Positions 16,831 to 26,736 of a stretch of 64,000 nucleotides of DNA are shown here, piece after piece (position 1 is the first letter of the stretch; each line of letters starts with the position of its first letter). The stretch lies in IMG/VR virus record IMGVR_UViG_3300013093_000020. The stretch is one strand, 5' to 3'. Source of the stretch: a virus. The notes beneath the pieces were generated by a model, which had not been told where the DNA came from, did no database searches, and saw only the letters and a list, made by a program, of their open reading frames with translations. Both the position numbers and the translations under genes were made by a program.

Positions 16831-17896
16831 CAGTTCCGGAGTAATTTGTTCCCGTTACAAGGAATGTATTATTTCCAGAAATACTTGTTCCAGTCCAATT
16901 CATGGCTGCGATTGAACTCACATAATAACTACTGGCAATGCCAGGTTGATTAACTGCTGTAACTGTAAGTATAAGATCATTAGTGCCACTTACTCCGCCT
17001 AATTGGCTGCCGTCAATTTTAATCAAGGCCCCTACACCATAGTTTGTACCACCAGCAACGATGCTGACACCATAAACTCCGGTTGGACTTTGGGTCACAT
17101 TAAATTGTGCGCCCAATCCTGGGAACAAAGTGGTTTTGTAACTAACTCTAAAGTATTTGTAATTGCCTACTGGAATATTTGATCCGAATGGTATAATTCC
17201 AGTATATAGATTTGGTTGATTGATCCAATTCCATGACCCAAATGGTTGCCCGGCCTTAGTCCAACTTGATATCGATACAGTGTCAGTTGTTGCAGCGTCC
17301 AGCCATATCTGTCCTGAAAATCCAGTAACATGGATAGCAAAGTTCATTGTTGAAGTAGTTACAGCTTCATAATATACTGCAGGTATTGCAGATGAATGAT
17401 ATGTAGGATTTCCCAAGTAGTCAACTTCTGCATAAAAATCAGAATACACTTTATCGGGTCTTGTAATAGGCAGAGCGTGATCAGCAACATCTATAACTCC
17501 AACAGCATTGAAATTTGTGTCGGTGTAAAATAATACAGCATTACCATGTAGATCAGAACCTGTAATTGTATATTTCAATTTTTGTAACTGTAGATTTTCA
17601 ATATCAGAGTTTAAAATTTTTGCTGTTGCTATACCCTGGATTGAAGTATTAGTCAATGAGTAACTGGCAACTGCTTTGTCTGAGTAATCCATGATATTAA
17701 GAGTTAGTCCTGTATACTGAGTCAGATCTAATCTTTTTTGATCAGTATTCATTATTTCAAATTGAACTGTGTTGTCGATACCATTATAAATTTTTACTGT
17801 TCTTGCGTACACTTGTCTATACTCCGTGGTGAATCCTGCCAAGTCTGCAATGATCTGCACTCGGTTTGGATATAAATAACTTTGGATTTTTTGCAT
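16808..17896 (-). CDS. Putative virion/baseplate-associated structural protein
   Basis: Late TAAATA (17914-17919), AAGGA SD, beta-rich composition, GGTNY...IDGSQLGG..ND module. Confidence 0.6.
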   Translation of the reverse strand: MQKIQSYLYPNRVQIIADLAGFTTEYRQVYARTVKIYNGIDNTVQFEIMNTDQKRLDLTQYTGLTLNIMDYSDKAVASYSLTNTSIQGIATAKILNSDIENLQLQKLKYTITGSDLHGNAVLFYTDTNFNAVGVIDVADHALPITRPDKVYSDFYAEVDYLGNPTYHSSAIPAVYYEAVTTSTMNFAIHVTGFSGQIWLDAATTDTVSISSWTKAGQPFGSWNWINQPNLYTGIIPFGSNIPVGNYKYFRVSYKTTLFPGLGAQFNVTQSPTGVYGVSIVAGGTNYGVGALIKIDGSQLGGVSGTNDLILTVTAVNQPGIASSYYVSSIAAMNWTGTSISGNNTFLVTGTNYSGTVDSVTVS

Positions 17897-17918
17897 TTGG
17901 CAATCCTTTACTATATTT

Positions 17919-18293
17919 ATGGCAAAACTAAGAGAAGACGTAGAACAAAATTTACCCTATATTTCTGTGCTTAACTACGGTAGCGAAGAATATGTAGGTA
18001 TCATAATCAATCAAGATCAGTATGTAACTAGTTTCTACGATCTAAATTCCTTCCGCACTACAGAAGAAAAAGCTAAGTTTTTAGAAATAGGCGAAATATG
18101 GTGGTGGGAATCAAATCGTCAATTTCCTATTAATATCTTTTGTAGAAATCAAATAGGACCATATGCTTATGCTATTAAAACATTCAATAGTAAAGATGTG
18201 CGTGTTATACTAGGGCCTGTAGTTAATTTGATGAATCTAACAATGAAGCGTGTTAAACGCAAAAGTGTACAACTGGTGAGAAAACCTCGTTAA
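17919..18293 (+). CDS. Hypothetical protein (124 aa)
   Basis: Intact ORF between - strand genes, TATAAATA on + at 17871-17878, WWWESNR motif. Confidence 0.75.
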   Translation: MAKLREDVEQNLPYISVLNYGSEEYVGIIINQDQYVTSFYDLNSFRTTEEKAKFLEIGEIWWWESNRQFPINIFCRNQIGPYAYAIKTFNSKDVRVILGPVVNLMNLTMKRVKRKSVQLVRKPR

Positions 18294-18868
18294 CTATATT
18301 CATAACTAATCGCTTCGCATATTTGATTCATTTGCACAATAATAACATGTGCATAGGCAATAGCATGTGCCTTTTTAAAATAATATTCATCACCTTCTGG
18401 TTTCGTCCACACTTCTTTCATTACTGTAGTCCAGTCGTTCCCAATCAAATAGCGTTTCGCCGGTCTTATCATAGCTAGGACCGCAGCTAATTGTTCCACG
18501 GAAGTAGGGCAAGTCTTCCTCAGAATATCCCCGTGCCCGTTTAAATGAAATAACAGATTCACAAATTCGTCTTGCAATAGTAGATCCCATAATGGCTCCC
18601 TGTTCATTAATTCGTTTAAATGTTCTTTACTTTTTATATTTTCATATACACTTACATTCAAAAAATCTACCTTAAAATATCCCCTATCCTCTGCAGACTT
18701 GTAGTCAATAGTACTAATATTTGTAAACGGATCGTGCGGAACATCAGTACAGTATACTCCGGAATTATGTTTTTTAAAAACGCCATTTTCTTCAATGGCT
18801 GCTGTGACATGTTTAATCACCCTGAGCGCCTTTGATCTATCTGCAAAGTCGATATCGATATCTGGCAT
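18290..18868 (-). CDS. dnaE: Minimal DNA polymerase III alpha-like (C-family) catalytic core, 192 aa
   Basis: PDIDIDF, HNSGV, GYFKVDFL, LAMIRP and YFKKAHAIAYA match DnaE PDxDxDF, HAAGV, GLxKxDFLG, ALYRP and FNKSHAxAY in the correct order. Confidence 0.85.
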   Translation of the reverse strand: MPDIDIDFADRSKALRVIKHVTAAIEENGVFKKHNSGVYCTDVPHDPFTNISTIDYKSAEDRGYFKVDFLNVSVYENIKSKEHLNELMNREPLWDLLLQDEFVNLLFHLNGHGDILRKTCPTSVEQLAAVLAMIRPAKRYLIGNDWTTVMKEVWTKPEGDEYYFKKAHAIAYAHVIIVQMNQICEAISYEYS

Positions 18869-19563
18869 TATATATTTGATTCCCTAACTATCTGTTTAAC
18901 AAAGTCTATATCGGCTGGCAGACTTCGAAACTTTTTTAACCAAAATGGTATATCCATGACCACACTAATTGCACTTAGTTGTTCATCACTAAATTTTTTG
19001 ACCATGTCCTTGCCACTTGTACAGTTTAAAACTAGCCACGGACTTACTTTGCCATCTCTGATATCAAATGTAGCTCGACTTAAACTAACATAAAGAAAAT
19101 AATGATTCCATTGTGCTTGGTGTTCTTCAGCCCATGCCATCATATGATTTATCGTTCGTTGTAACGCCACTTCTACTGGTTCTTTTTTAATTAAATCTAC
19201 TACATACTTGTCGTATAATTCTTCCCTACACCAATGATCTAATTTAACTCCGCTAGTGACCACATAGTCAATAAATCTGTCCGGATACAAGGGATTGACA
19301 TTAGAAACGAAACTACCAAACTTAACAAAAGCATTATAGTAAGGACTTTTACTAAACTCGTCATAGGTTTTATCTCCATTAGTATTTTTTTGAAGATGTT
19401 TATAAAATCGGTTAAATGCATCAAATGCTAAAACCACATGTTTCTCACTTTTAGATAAAGCTCTACGCTTCTGTTCACATACATGGACAAACAGAGTTTT
19501 TTCTCTAGTGAATTTGTGATTGCAAAATTCACAAACGAATGGTTGTTCTACTAAAGACATCAT
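18868..19563 (-). CDS. Hypothetical protein with an N-terminal Zn finger
   Basis: CEFC-x12-HVC; translationally coupled to both neighbours. Confidence 0.75.
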   Translation of the reverse strand: MMSLVEQPFVCEFCNHKFTREKTLFVHVCEQKRRALSKSEKHVVLAFDAFNRFYKHLQKNTNGDKTYDEFSKSPYYNAFVKFGSFVSNVNPLYPDRFIDYVVTSGVKLDHWCREELYDKYVVDLIKKEPVEVALQRTINHMMAWAEEHQAQWNHYFLYVSLSRATFDIRDGKVSPWLVLNCTSGKDMVKKFSDEQLSAISVVMDIPFWLKKFRSLPADIDFVKQIVRESNI

Positions 19564-20036
19564 TTTAATTTCTTAGCGATTGTTGCCTCATCCCAGCCAT
19601 ATTGCCTTGCTAGATCTTTTACTTCTTTATCCGTACTCATCTTAGCCAGTAATTCCAATTCTTGATCACACAAGTCTGGCCTAAATTCTGCTAATAATTT
19701 CTCTTTCTTTGTGCCACCAGCTTCGCGTTTTTTACCAATCCATTCATGATAGAACTTTTTCTTGCCATCATAACTACACATACACAACAATATCCATAGC
19801 AATTTAGGATGCTTACTCAATGAGCTCCAATTTTTATTGAAATACTCATTAACTGATAATACAAAATGCTCTTGTATTTCAGTACTTTCCCCTTTGGCAT
19901 TACTGATGTATCTATTTAATATAAAAAATTCGTTCTTAAGACTCTTCTGTTGCTCCGGATCCATAGCGTCCCATAGTTCTCGCACATTTTGATCCACAGC
20001 AAGAATTTTTTCTTTAAGTTCTATTTTTTCACTCAT
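19560..20036 (-). CDS. Putative clamp-loader small subunit (T4 gp62-like)
   Basis: FFILNRYIS..VNE..N....KKFYHEWI pattern resembles gp62; replication-cluster context. Confidence 0.5.
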   Translation of the reverse strand: MSEKIELKEKILAVDQNVRELWDAMDPEQQKSLKNEFFILNRYISNAKGESTEIQEHFVLSVNEYFNKNWSSLSKHPKLLWILLCMCSYDGKKKFYHEWIGKKREAGGTKKEKLLAEFRPDLCDQELELLAKMSTDKEVKDLARQYGWDEATIAKKLK

Positions 20037-20655
20037 CTTTAGGCCTCAATACTGCATCAAATGCCATTACTGTTCTAGTACCTTCGCCTTCCCATGGATA
20101 TACTGTATGCGGTAAGTAACTAGGAAATAATACTATTGTGCCCACCTGCGGTGTATATTTCATAGTATCGTTCATTATAAACTTAGTCACATCTTTAGAT
20201 TGAGGCATACGGAATAACAGTTGGCTATCTGATTTTGCAGAATTGGGCGAAAGATCAGGCGACTTGATATACATATTTCCGCTAATATTACCGCCGGGGT
20301 GATTATGCATTTCTTGATAATCTCCGGCTGTTTGTTGAATAGTCCAAATGCTAGTTACTACTGGTTTGCAATATTTTAATTCCTCGGCGCCACTTTGTTG
20401 AGTAACAATTTCCATGTATCCTTTGCAACATTCTTCTAAGTAATCTACCAACCATTTTACATCTAGATTTAATTCATTCGGATATACTTGTATCTGTTGT
20501 CCCCCACGAATGCTTAGTTGCGGATTACCTTCGTCATTTAATTCGGGATGCAAATGTAGATTTTCTGTTAATGAATAAATCTGGCTGAATGTAATAGGCG
20601 GAATATTATCTATAGCCATAATTACAGGCTGGAAGTAAGCAACCTTAATTGTCAT
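20029..20655 (-). CDS. Putative 2OG-Fe(II) oxygenase (TIGR02466-like)
   Basis: HNH..ISG..Y, LFPSYLPHTVYP, RTVMAFD. Confidence 0.85.
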   Translation of the reverse strand: MTIKVAYFQPVIMAIDNIPPITFSQIYSLTENLHLHPELNDEGNPQLSIRGGQQIQVYPNELNLDVKWLVDYLEECCKGYMEIVTQQSGAEELKYCKPVVTSIWTIQQTAGDYQEMHNHPGGNISGNMYIKSPDLSPNSAKSDSQLLFRMPQSKDVTKFIMNDTMKYTPQVGTIVLFPSYLPHTVYPWEGEGTRTVMAFDAVLRPKDE

Positions 20656-20944
20656 TGTATTTTTCCTTACTTAATTTGTATATCATTATAGCACGGTCTA
20701 ATGCTCGTTGTAAAGTCACATTGACCTTTGCTTCTCTCCGAATATTGCCCCATAATTGATCTTCTCTCATATGATCAATCAACGGGCGTCCGTCAGTTGT
20801 GCGGGGATCAAAGTTAGGATCATCTATCTTATAATCCCAACCTATGGCATGTCTAGTACTAGGATCTGATCCAAATTCCCTAGCATAAGTCACGCCGTCG
20901 GCCCTCTCATAGATATATTTGACACCTGGTTTGAGACTTCCCAT
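20645..20944 (-). CDS. Hypothetical protein (99 aa)
   Basis: Coupled ORF within the operon. Confidence 0.75.
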   Translation of the reverse strand: MGSLKPGVKYIYERADGVTYAREFGSDPSTRHAIGWDYKIDDPNFDPRTTDGRPLIDHMREDQLWGNIRREAKVNVTLQRALDRAIMIYKLSKEKYNDN

Positions 20945-21450
20945 TACAATATCTTATCCAACTGAATAATTTCGCTCTGTCTAGAAATTTCTTTGACAAA
21001 GTACACACAATTTGGTTTTTCTCCGTCTTCGGTTGGTACTGCTAACAGTTGTCCATTTTTCATCTTCGGGAAATACCATTTGACATCGTTATAAAAATTT
21101 ACAATTTCAATTTTCTTAAATTCCATTCTGAATGAACTTAGTGGATTAAAACATAATGCTTCAAATCCTCGATCATTTAGACTGGTCAATGGCAAAATTT
21201 CAATGTCACTTGACGAGCTCGAATCGCCAACTGCAATACACCAATCAATTGGCATTGTGACTTCGTCATTACCGATGCGTAATACCATTGCAGGAGAATT
21301 AAAACTTTCTAAAAATATCAATGGCATGAAAAAAAAATCAGGTTCTTTAGGCTCGCTGTTATCTAAAACTGCGAATCTTGTATTTTCATCTACTTCATCT
21401 GGTAAATCATTCAATGAGAATGTTTTGTTATCTAATGTTAATATTTTCAT
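20944..21450 (-). CDS. Hypothetical protein (168 aa)
   Basis: Coupled ORF downstream of uvsW. Confidence 0.8.
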   Translation of the reverse strand: MKILTLDNKTFSLNDLPDEVDENTRFAVLDNSEPKEPDFFFMPLIFLESFNSPAMVLRIGNDEVTMPIDWCIAVGDSSSSSDIEILPLTSLNDRGFEALCFNPLSSFRMEFKKIEIVNFYNDVKWYFPKMKNGQLLAVPTEDGEKPNCVYFVKEISRQSEIIQLDKIL

Positions 21451-21453
21451 CTC

Positions 21454-22920
21454 TTATTTTTGCCAGTCTACTTTTTCTAAAGTAAACGGATATTTGGCAT
21501 CCTTGTAAAATTTTTTCCTCGTTGTGAGGTGGCGCTTGGCAAATTTACAAGTCGAAGTTAGATCCCAGATTTGTACGAAGTCTTTGTCTTCGGCTCTTCT
21601 AATACCGCGTCCAATAGATTGGATAACGCGGACAAAGCTCTTTCCGGGTTCCAGAAGAACCAAATTAAAGATCCGAGGAATATTAATACCAACAGCAGCT
21701 ACACCATAAGTCGCCACAGTAATTTTATTGTCACTGGTTGCATGTTCCTTATATTCTTCTTTTCTCTTTGTTCCCTTAACTTCGCCTGAAATAAACACAG
21801 CGTCGTCTATCATTTCTGTTAATAATTTGCCTGTATCGATCCTATTAACTAGGATCAGTGTATTGCCTGAATCCGCTAAGCCTTTGACTAATCTACTAAT
21901 ATATGCCACTCTATCTTTGTTTGTAACGAGATACTTTAATTCGTCTTGGTACGATTTAAATTCTGGTAAATCTATCATTTGTAACACATTTACATGAAGA
22001 TTACTAAGGATACCCATCTCTTGTAGTTCATGTGCTTTGATACCACCAACCACCGGGCCAATACTGGCAAAGATAGGTTGAGCTTCAAAATCTTCCTTAG
22101 GTACTGTACCAGTTAATCCCCAACGAATAGGTGCATTACACATATTTTGTGTAAGTAAATTTTTTAATACTTCTGCTTTGGCCATGTGTACTTCGTCAAC
22201 AATGACAGTTTGTACCCCATCTAAAAATTCGGCAAGTGTTAATATTTCTTGTTCAGAATTTTTAGATTTTTTGTCTAAAATATTAAGACTCTGCCAAGTA
22301 CAAATTGTGTGTGTTTTGTTTAGATCTTTTCGATCACCATAGTAAACACCAACATCCAACCCAACATTAGTATAGTCTTCTTCTGTCTGCGTTACTAGAT
22401 CTTTGTTAGGCACAATTACAATAGTGCGACCATATTTTTCAGCACAGTGACTCAATGTAGCTGTCATAATGGTCTTACCTGCTCCGGTTGCTACTTCTTG
22501 TAGACTCTGTGTGTTAGTGAAAAACCTATTAACTACTTCGACTTGATCGTCACGCAAAGTGATAGGTTGTCCAGCAAACCTATGCCCCTCAGGCCATACC
22601 TTACCTTGATCGGCCCAATATGTATTGGTTATCGGCTCGAAGTGGATTTTACTGGTTTTTCTATGATCATCTAATTCATCTACATCAATGCCCATACTGG
22701 CTAGTATCTCAAGGCACTTTTCTAATTGGCTCAAATAACCATTACCACCGAGACCAAACATACTGACCTTTCCATCCCAACGGCCTAGTTTGTATGCCGG
22801 TCTGTATCTTGCTGTCGGATCCTCATATTTGAAGGTGTTGGCTAATTTCTTGCGAGCATCTAGTGGCAAGTTTTCAAATTTAATATTAACTTCGTCTTTA
22901 ATAACTAATCTTATTGCCAT
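21454..22920 (-). CDS. uvsW: SF2 DNA helicase UvsW
   Basis: WDGK, LRDDQ, ATGAGKT, DEVH, GLTGT, GINIP, QSIGRGIR. Confidence 0.93.
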   Translation of the reverse strand: MAIRLVIKDEVNIKFENLPLDARKKLANTFKYEDPTARYRPAYKLGRWDGKVSMFGLGGNGYLSQLEKCLEILASMGIDVDELDDHRKTSKIHFEPITNTYWADQGKVWPEGHRFAGQPITLRDDQVEVVNRFFTNTQSLQEVATGAGKTIMTATLSHCAEKYGRTIVIVPNKDLVTQTEEDYTNVGLDVGVYYGDRKDLNKTHTICTWQSLNILDKKSKNSEQEILTLAEFLDGVQTVIVDEVHMAKAEVLKNLLTQNMCNAPIRWGLTGTVPKEDFEAQPIFASIGPVVGGIKAHELQEMGILSNLHVNVLQMIDLPEFKSYQDELKYLVTNKDRVAYISRLVKGLADSGNTLILVNRIDTGKLLTEMIDDAVFISGEVKGTKRKEEYKEHATSDNKITVATYGVAAVGINIPRIFNLVLLEPGKSFVRVIQSIGRGIRRAEDKDFVQIWDLTSTCKFAKRHLTTRKKFYKDAKYPFTLEKVDWQK

Positions 22921-24086
22921 TTTAATTTTTTCGTTAGTACAGGTTCTGCATCAGACCAAGTAATGATCAAATCACAATTATTTGTAAACACACCAGTTTT
23001 TCCAAACTGGTTAGAAGGTGATAAAAATATGGTGCTCATAGGTTGCCACCCATTTTTTAGGAAAAATTTTGGAATTTTCCCCATTTGCGCACCTATGATT
23101 TTTGTATGCGAATCTAATGTTACATTATAATGTTTATCAGCAATAATTTTATTAAATTCTTTGCCAATAGTGTTATTGTTCAATCTAAAGTAAATTCCGA
23201 CACCGTCAAAAATTCCATTTTTTTCCAGAATTTTTGACAAATTTTCCAAATTTTCTAAATTTTGCTTTTCGTCATAATTGTCAAAAATCAACATGACCGG
23301 TAATCTACGCAAATTTATCAAAGATTTTAAAATTTCATCTAACGACCATGTTTTTTTATCAAGCCATAAACAGACGTCTGATCTGTTGGCGATAATTTCG
23401 GTCAAATTTTCTGGATTTTTTTCGGATTTTTCTGCCCTATAATTATAGCGTATGCTACGGTCAACAATGACATTCTGGTCAATCGTAGTTTCTAGGCCTA
23501 GGTCACTAATAATATGTTTTTGAAAGTTACTATGAGCAAAGTTTGTGATCAGAAACTGATCTCTAACTTCGGCTTCAGACCAAGATTTTATAGTTTCATA
23601 GTAATTTTTGATATTTTCTTGTATTTCAAAATCATAGACATTTGCTAGTTCATACATAACTACAATATTTTTTTCTGTAAGTTCTGCTGTATGAAATTTT
23701 GGATTTTTTGTATAAAATTTTGTAATTTTTTTATGTACTTTGATCAACTGGTCGCTGAATTCAGGATAGTAAGTGAATTCAAACACTAATTCTTGTTCGG
23801 TGTTGATATAAAATTTCTTATACTGCTCTACAGGCCTAAAACTCTTGGACCATACAGGAGCTTCTAAGATTTTTTCAATATATTCCTTACCGCATGGAAA
23901 TGATTCGGATTGATTTTTTAAAATTTTTATTAACAGTTCGCCTTGGCGTTGTGTTAGAAAGATATTACTGGTGACAATCTTGATCAAACTGGATAAAACT
24001 TTGTAATCTCGGCTTGGTAATTTAGATTTTACCGATTCAAAGTCATTGTTTGCAATTTCAATTAAAAGTTGATCAACTGTTGGCAT
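22911..24086 (-). CDS. Hypothetical protein (391 aa)
   Basis: Long ORF heading the uvsW operon. Confidence 0.8.
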   Translation of the reverse strand: MPTVDQLLIEIANNDFESVKSKLPSRDYKVLSSLIKIVTSNIFLTQRQGELLIKILKNQSESFPCGKEYIEKILEAPVWSKSFRPVEQYKKFYINTEQELVFEFTYYPEFSDQLIKVHKKITKFYTKNPKFHTAELTEKNIVVMYELANVYDFEIQENIKNYYETIKSWSEAEVRDQFLITNFAHSNFQKHIISDLGLETTIDQNVIVDRSIRYNYRAEKSEKNPENLTEIIANRSDVCLWLDKKTWSLDEILKSLINLRRLPVMLIFDNYDEKQNLENLENLSKILEKNGIFDGVGIYFRLNNNTIGKEFNKIIADKHYNVTLDSHTKIIGAQMGKIPKFFLKNGWQPMSTIFLSPSNQFGKTGVFTNNCDLIITWSDAEPVLTKKLKWQ

Positions 24087-24093
24087 GTTAGTA

Positions 24094-24122
24094 AGTATAC
24101 ACTAATGTTTTTTAAAAGTCAA
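24094..24122 (-). promoter_or_regulatory. sigma70-type promoter of the uvsW-dnaE operon (leaderless geometry)
   Basis: TTGACT-17-TATACT; ATG 7 nt after the -10 box. Confidence 0.8.
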
Positions 24123-24183
24123 GCCACAAATAAAAAAGACCTTATATAATTATTTAAGGCCTTTTAGACATATTTTGGTGAAA

Positions 24184-24939
24184 TTAGTTTTTTCTTTCTA
24201 TATCGTCTTCAGTGCAACTTGGACCGTACTGTATTTCGACAATCCTGCATGGCTCATCAAATGGGTTTGTTAATTGATGCCATTCGTTGGCAGGAACTTT
24301 AAACTCTTCATGCATTCTTAATAGAGCGGGTGGCATACTATATCCGCCTGCCATTAAATTATTTGCTACTGCCGACCCTTCGCTTACAATCCAGTATTCT
24401 GCACGAAATTTATGTCGTTGCATACTGAGCCGTTGACCTGGATTAATGGTCAGTTCTTTGACTTTCATGCCAGGTACTTCATGCAGCACTCGATAATATC
24501 CCCACGGACGCTCGGTTTTAGGTGATTTCCATTCTTCTAAAATCCAGCTGGAGGAATTTTTCTTATTTTCACCGCCAACACCAAATTTAAACAGTACATC
24601 CGTTACTAACATTTCTGGAATATTATTTGCAGTACGGTCACCGCCGTTGGCAAATATAATTTCGTGATTAGGAAAGATATCTTTGACCTTCTGTATGGCA
24701 TCTGTGGCTGTTCCGTCAGTATCGTCAAAAGAAATAACACGATCTACTACATGCATGGCTGTAATAATCGTTGCTCGTTCTTCCCACGGCATGAATGCAC
24801 GGCCTTTTTTACGATTAAGCCAATCATCGCTGTTCAGTCCGACAACTAACTTGTCGCCTAATTCTCTTGCAGAATTAAAGTATGCAATATGCCCCGAATG
24901 TATGGGATCAAAACCACCTGTACATAAAACTATTTTCAT
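24184..24939 (-). CDS. Cytidylyltransferase-like domain fused to a mannose-6-phosphate isomerase type II cupin
   Basis: TGGFDPIHSGH (HIGH motif), GLNSD, FANGGDR, NSSS; then ERPWGYY, LSMQRH..RAEYW, H.L.NP, EIQYG..EDDIER. Confidence 0.9.
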   Translation of the reverse strand: MKIVLCTGGFDPIHSGHIAYFNSARELGDKLVVGLNSDDWLNRKKGRAFMPWEERATIITAMHVVDRVISFDDTDGTATDAIQKVKDIFPNHEIIFANGGDRTANNIPEMLVTDVLFKFGVGGENKKNSSSWILEEWKSPKTERPWGYYRVLHEVPGMKVKELTINPGQRLSMQRHKFRAEYWIVSEGSAVANNLMAGGYSMPPALLRMHEEFKVPANEWHQLTNPFDEPCRIVEIQYGPSCTEDDIERKN

Positions 24940-25391
24940 ACACTAGCATCTTCCATTCCTGCAACACGCAATTTTACAATATTTGTAATTTGCCATTGCT
25001 TTTGGTCGAAGCCTTTAATAACTCCAAGCCATTTGTTGCGTAGCAAAGCAAATTCGTTGATAATTTTCTCCATATCAACAACATCTGCCTCGCCTTCACA
25101 AAATTTTTCGCAGTCTCTAGAGCTTAATGATCGTTGATAATTCTCAAGATACTTTCTAAAGAAACTACTTTTAAGTCTACGCAGTTCTATATTAAGGTAT
25201 TCTAAAATTGCCTCAATTTCTTGAAGTTGACCAAACCGATGTTCAACAAGGCCCGGCATACTAGCGGCAGCTTTTTCAATATTGCCAGTTAGTTTTGCTT
25301 CTCGCCTAGCATCCTCAAGCTCTGATTCAAAATATTCCACTGCTGGCGGAATATTAGATATATCTTTGGCAATTTCAGTATACCAACCCAT
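24936..25391 (-). CDS. uvsY: Recombination mediator UvsY
   Basis: Helical; YLENYQRSLSSRD, KQWQITNIVKLRVAG; next to uvsX. Confidence 0.85.
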   Translation of the reverse strand: MGWYTEIAKDISNIPPAVEYFESELEDARREAKLTGNIEKAAASMPGLVEHRFGQLQEIEAILEYLNIELRRLKSSFFRKYLENYQRSLSSRDCEKFCEGEADVVDMEKIINEFALLRNKWLGVIKGFDQKQWQITNIVKLRVAGMEDASV

Positions 25392-25627
25392 TAAAACTCC
25401 AATTCGTCAATGTCATCACTATCATCATCGCTATCTTCATCAAGATAATAGTCAATAGCATGATCAAGAACAGGGTCAACTCCTATAGCACCTTGCATAA
25501 TCCTGTCAGTAGTTCCAAAATCTGCTAATAGCTCTACATAACGCTCTGCTACAGTTTCGACAACCTTTTTATCAATATAATCTGCGAATAGTAACCAAAC
25601 GTCACCTATTTGTGTTTCACTCAACAT
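25391..25627 (-). CDS. Small acidic protein
   Basis: Coupled between uvsX and uvsY; Asp/Glu-rich tail. Confidence 0.75.
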   Translation of the reverse strand: MLSETQIGDVWLLFADYIDKKVVETVAERYVELLADFGTTDRIMQGAIGVDPVLDHAIDYYLDEDSDDDSDDIDELEF

Positions 25628-26672
25628 TTTCTTCTGTCTCCTCTGGAATGGTAGTTGTTGTAGGTTTAATGTGATAATTCTTCATTATCATATCTAATTT
25701 ATCATCTTTCCATTCTTTTCGGTAAAATAAGAATTCTTCTCCGGTAGTAGGATCAATATATTTCAATCTGTTTCCTTGCTGAACAAGTATACCTTGTTTC
25801 TCTAACATATCAACCATACCGCTGTAAGGATTCATACCGGTTTCATATGGAATCTTAATTTGTACAGTTTCAAAAGGTTTAGCGTAACGAGTTTTCATAA
25901 TCTTACAAGCTGCACGGATACCGTTTACTTCACTTGTCTTGTTACCTTCCTCGTCTTCTTTCAACTTGAGCTTTTTCATAGCAACAACGATAGAACTTGC
26001 GTAAACAAATCCTTGTCCACCTGAAATCTTGTCATCTGGATCAAACATGTCTTGGCTTGCGTATGTATGATTAGTTGCTACCAATCCAACATTTAGGTTA
26101 CCAAACATGTTAACACAATTACGAACAAGTGCTGTCAGTGCTTTGGGCTTACGACCCATGTCACCTTTCAAATCACCAGCTTCAAACTGATTAACATCTG
26201 TCGGCGTTAACAACATACCAAGGCTGTCTATGACAAAGAGGACCTTTGGACGGTCAGTCATTTCCTTGTACTCTTTACAAAACTCATTGATGGTTTTTGC
26301 AACATCATCAATCATAGCCATGTTGAGTTTAAGCAGTTTATCTTCGCTAGTGTCTACGCCTAGATCATGCAACCATTTTTCATCAAGTGCATTTTCACTA
26401 TCGATTAAGATAACATAGATACCTTGTGCTTGTGCATTACGGATTAAATTTCCAGAACAGATAAATGATTTACCTGCACCAGATTCACCAGCAAATACAG
26501 TAACTTTACCAAGTGGGACACCTTTATGGAAATCGCCACTAATTAAGTAGTTCAAGGTATAATTGCCTGTACTGACCCAATCTGTAGGATCATTAAATCC
26601 TACACCGAGACCGTCAATTGACTTAGTCAAGGTTTTTCTAAATTTTGATAAATCGAAGGCTTTTGTAGCCAT
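25617..26672 (-). CDS. uvsX: RecA-like recombinase UvsX
   Basis: GESGAGKS, IDSENA, VIDSLG, TNHTY, ISGG; start reassigned to ATG 26672 (SD TAGGAG). Confidence 0.95.
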   Translation of the reverse strand: MATKAFDLSKFRKTLTKSIDGLGVGFNDPTDWVSTGNYTLNYLISGDFHKGVPLGKVTVFAGESGAGKSFICSGNLIRNAQAQGIYVILIDSENALDEKWLHDLGVDTSEDKLLKLNMAMIDDVAKTINEFCKEYKEMTDRPKVLFVIDSLGMLLTPTDVNQFEAGDLKGDMGRKPKALTALVRNCVNMFGNLNVGLVATNHTYASQDMFDPDDKISGGQGFVYASSIVVAMKKLKLKEDEEGNKTSEVNGIRAACKIMKTRYAKPFETVQIKIPYETGMNPYSGMVDMLEKQGILVQQGNRLKYIDPTTGEEFLFYRKEWKDDKLDMIMKNYHIKPTTTTIPEETEENVE

Positions 26673-26693
26673 AATTAATTCTCCTAAAAAGAT

Positions 26694-26730
26694 AACTCGG
26701 GCGTACAACTAGGTTGCAGGGGCCCGAGCC
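26694..26730 (-). other. Stable intergenic hairpin between gp32 and uvsX
   Basis: GGCTCGGGC...TGCAAC-CTA-GTTGTA...GCCCGAGTT on - strand (G-U pairs consistent with -). Confidence 0.65.
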
Positions 26731-26736
26731 AAGTGC

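Noticed and set aside
23220-23430. Phased AATTTT tracts suggesting bent DNA or an origin
   Set aside because: Adequately explained by the encoded ENLENLSKILEK-type sequence in an AT-rich gene; cannot be separated from coding constraint by eye
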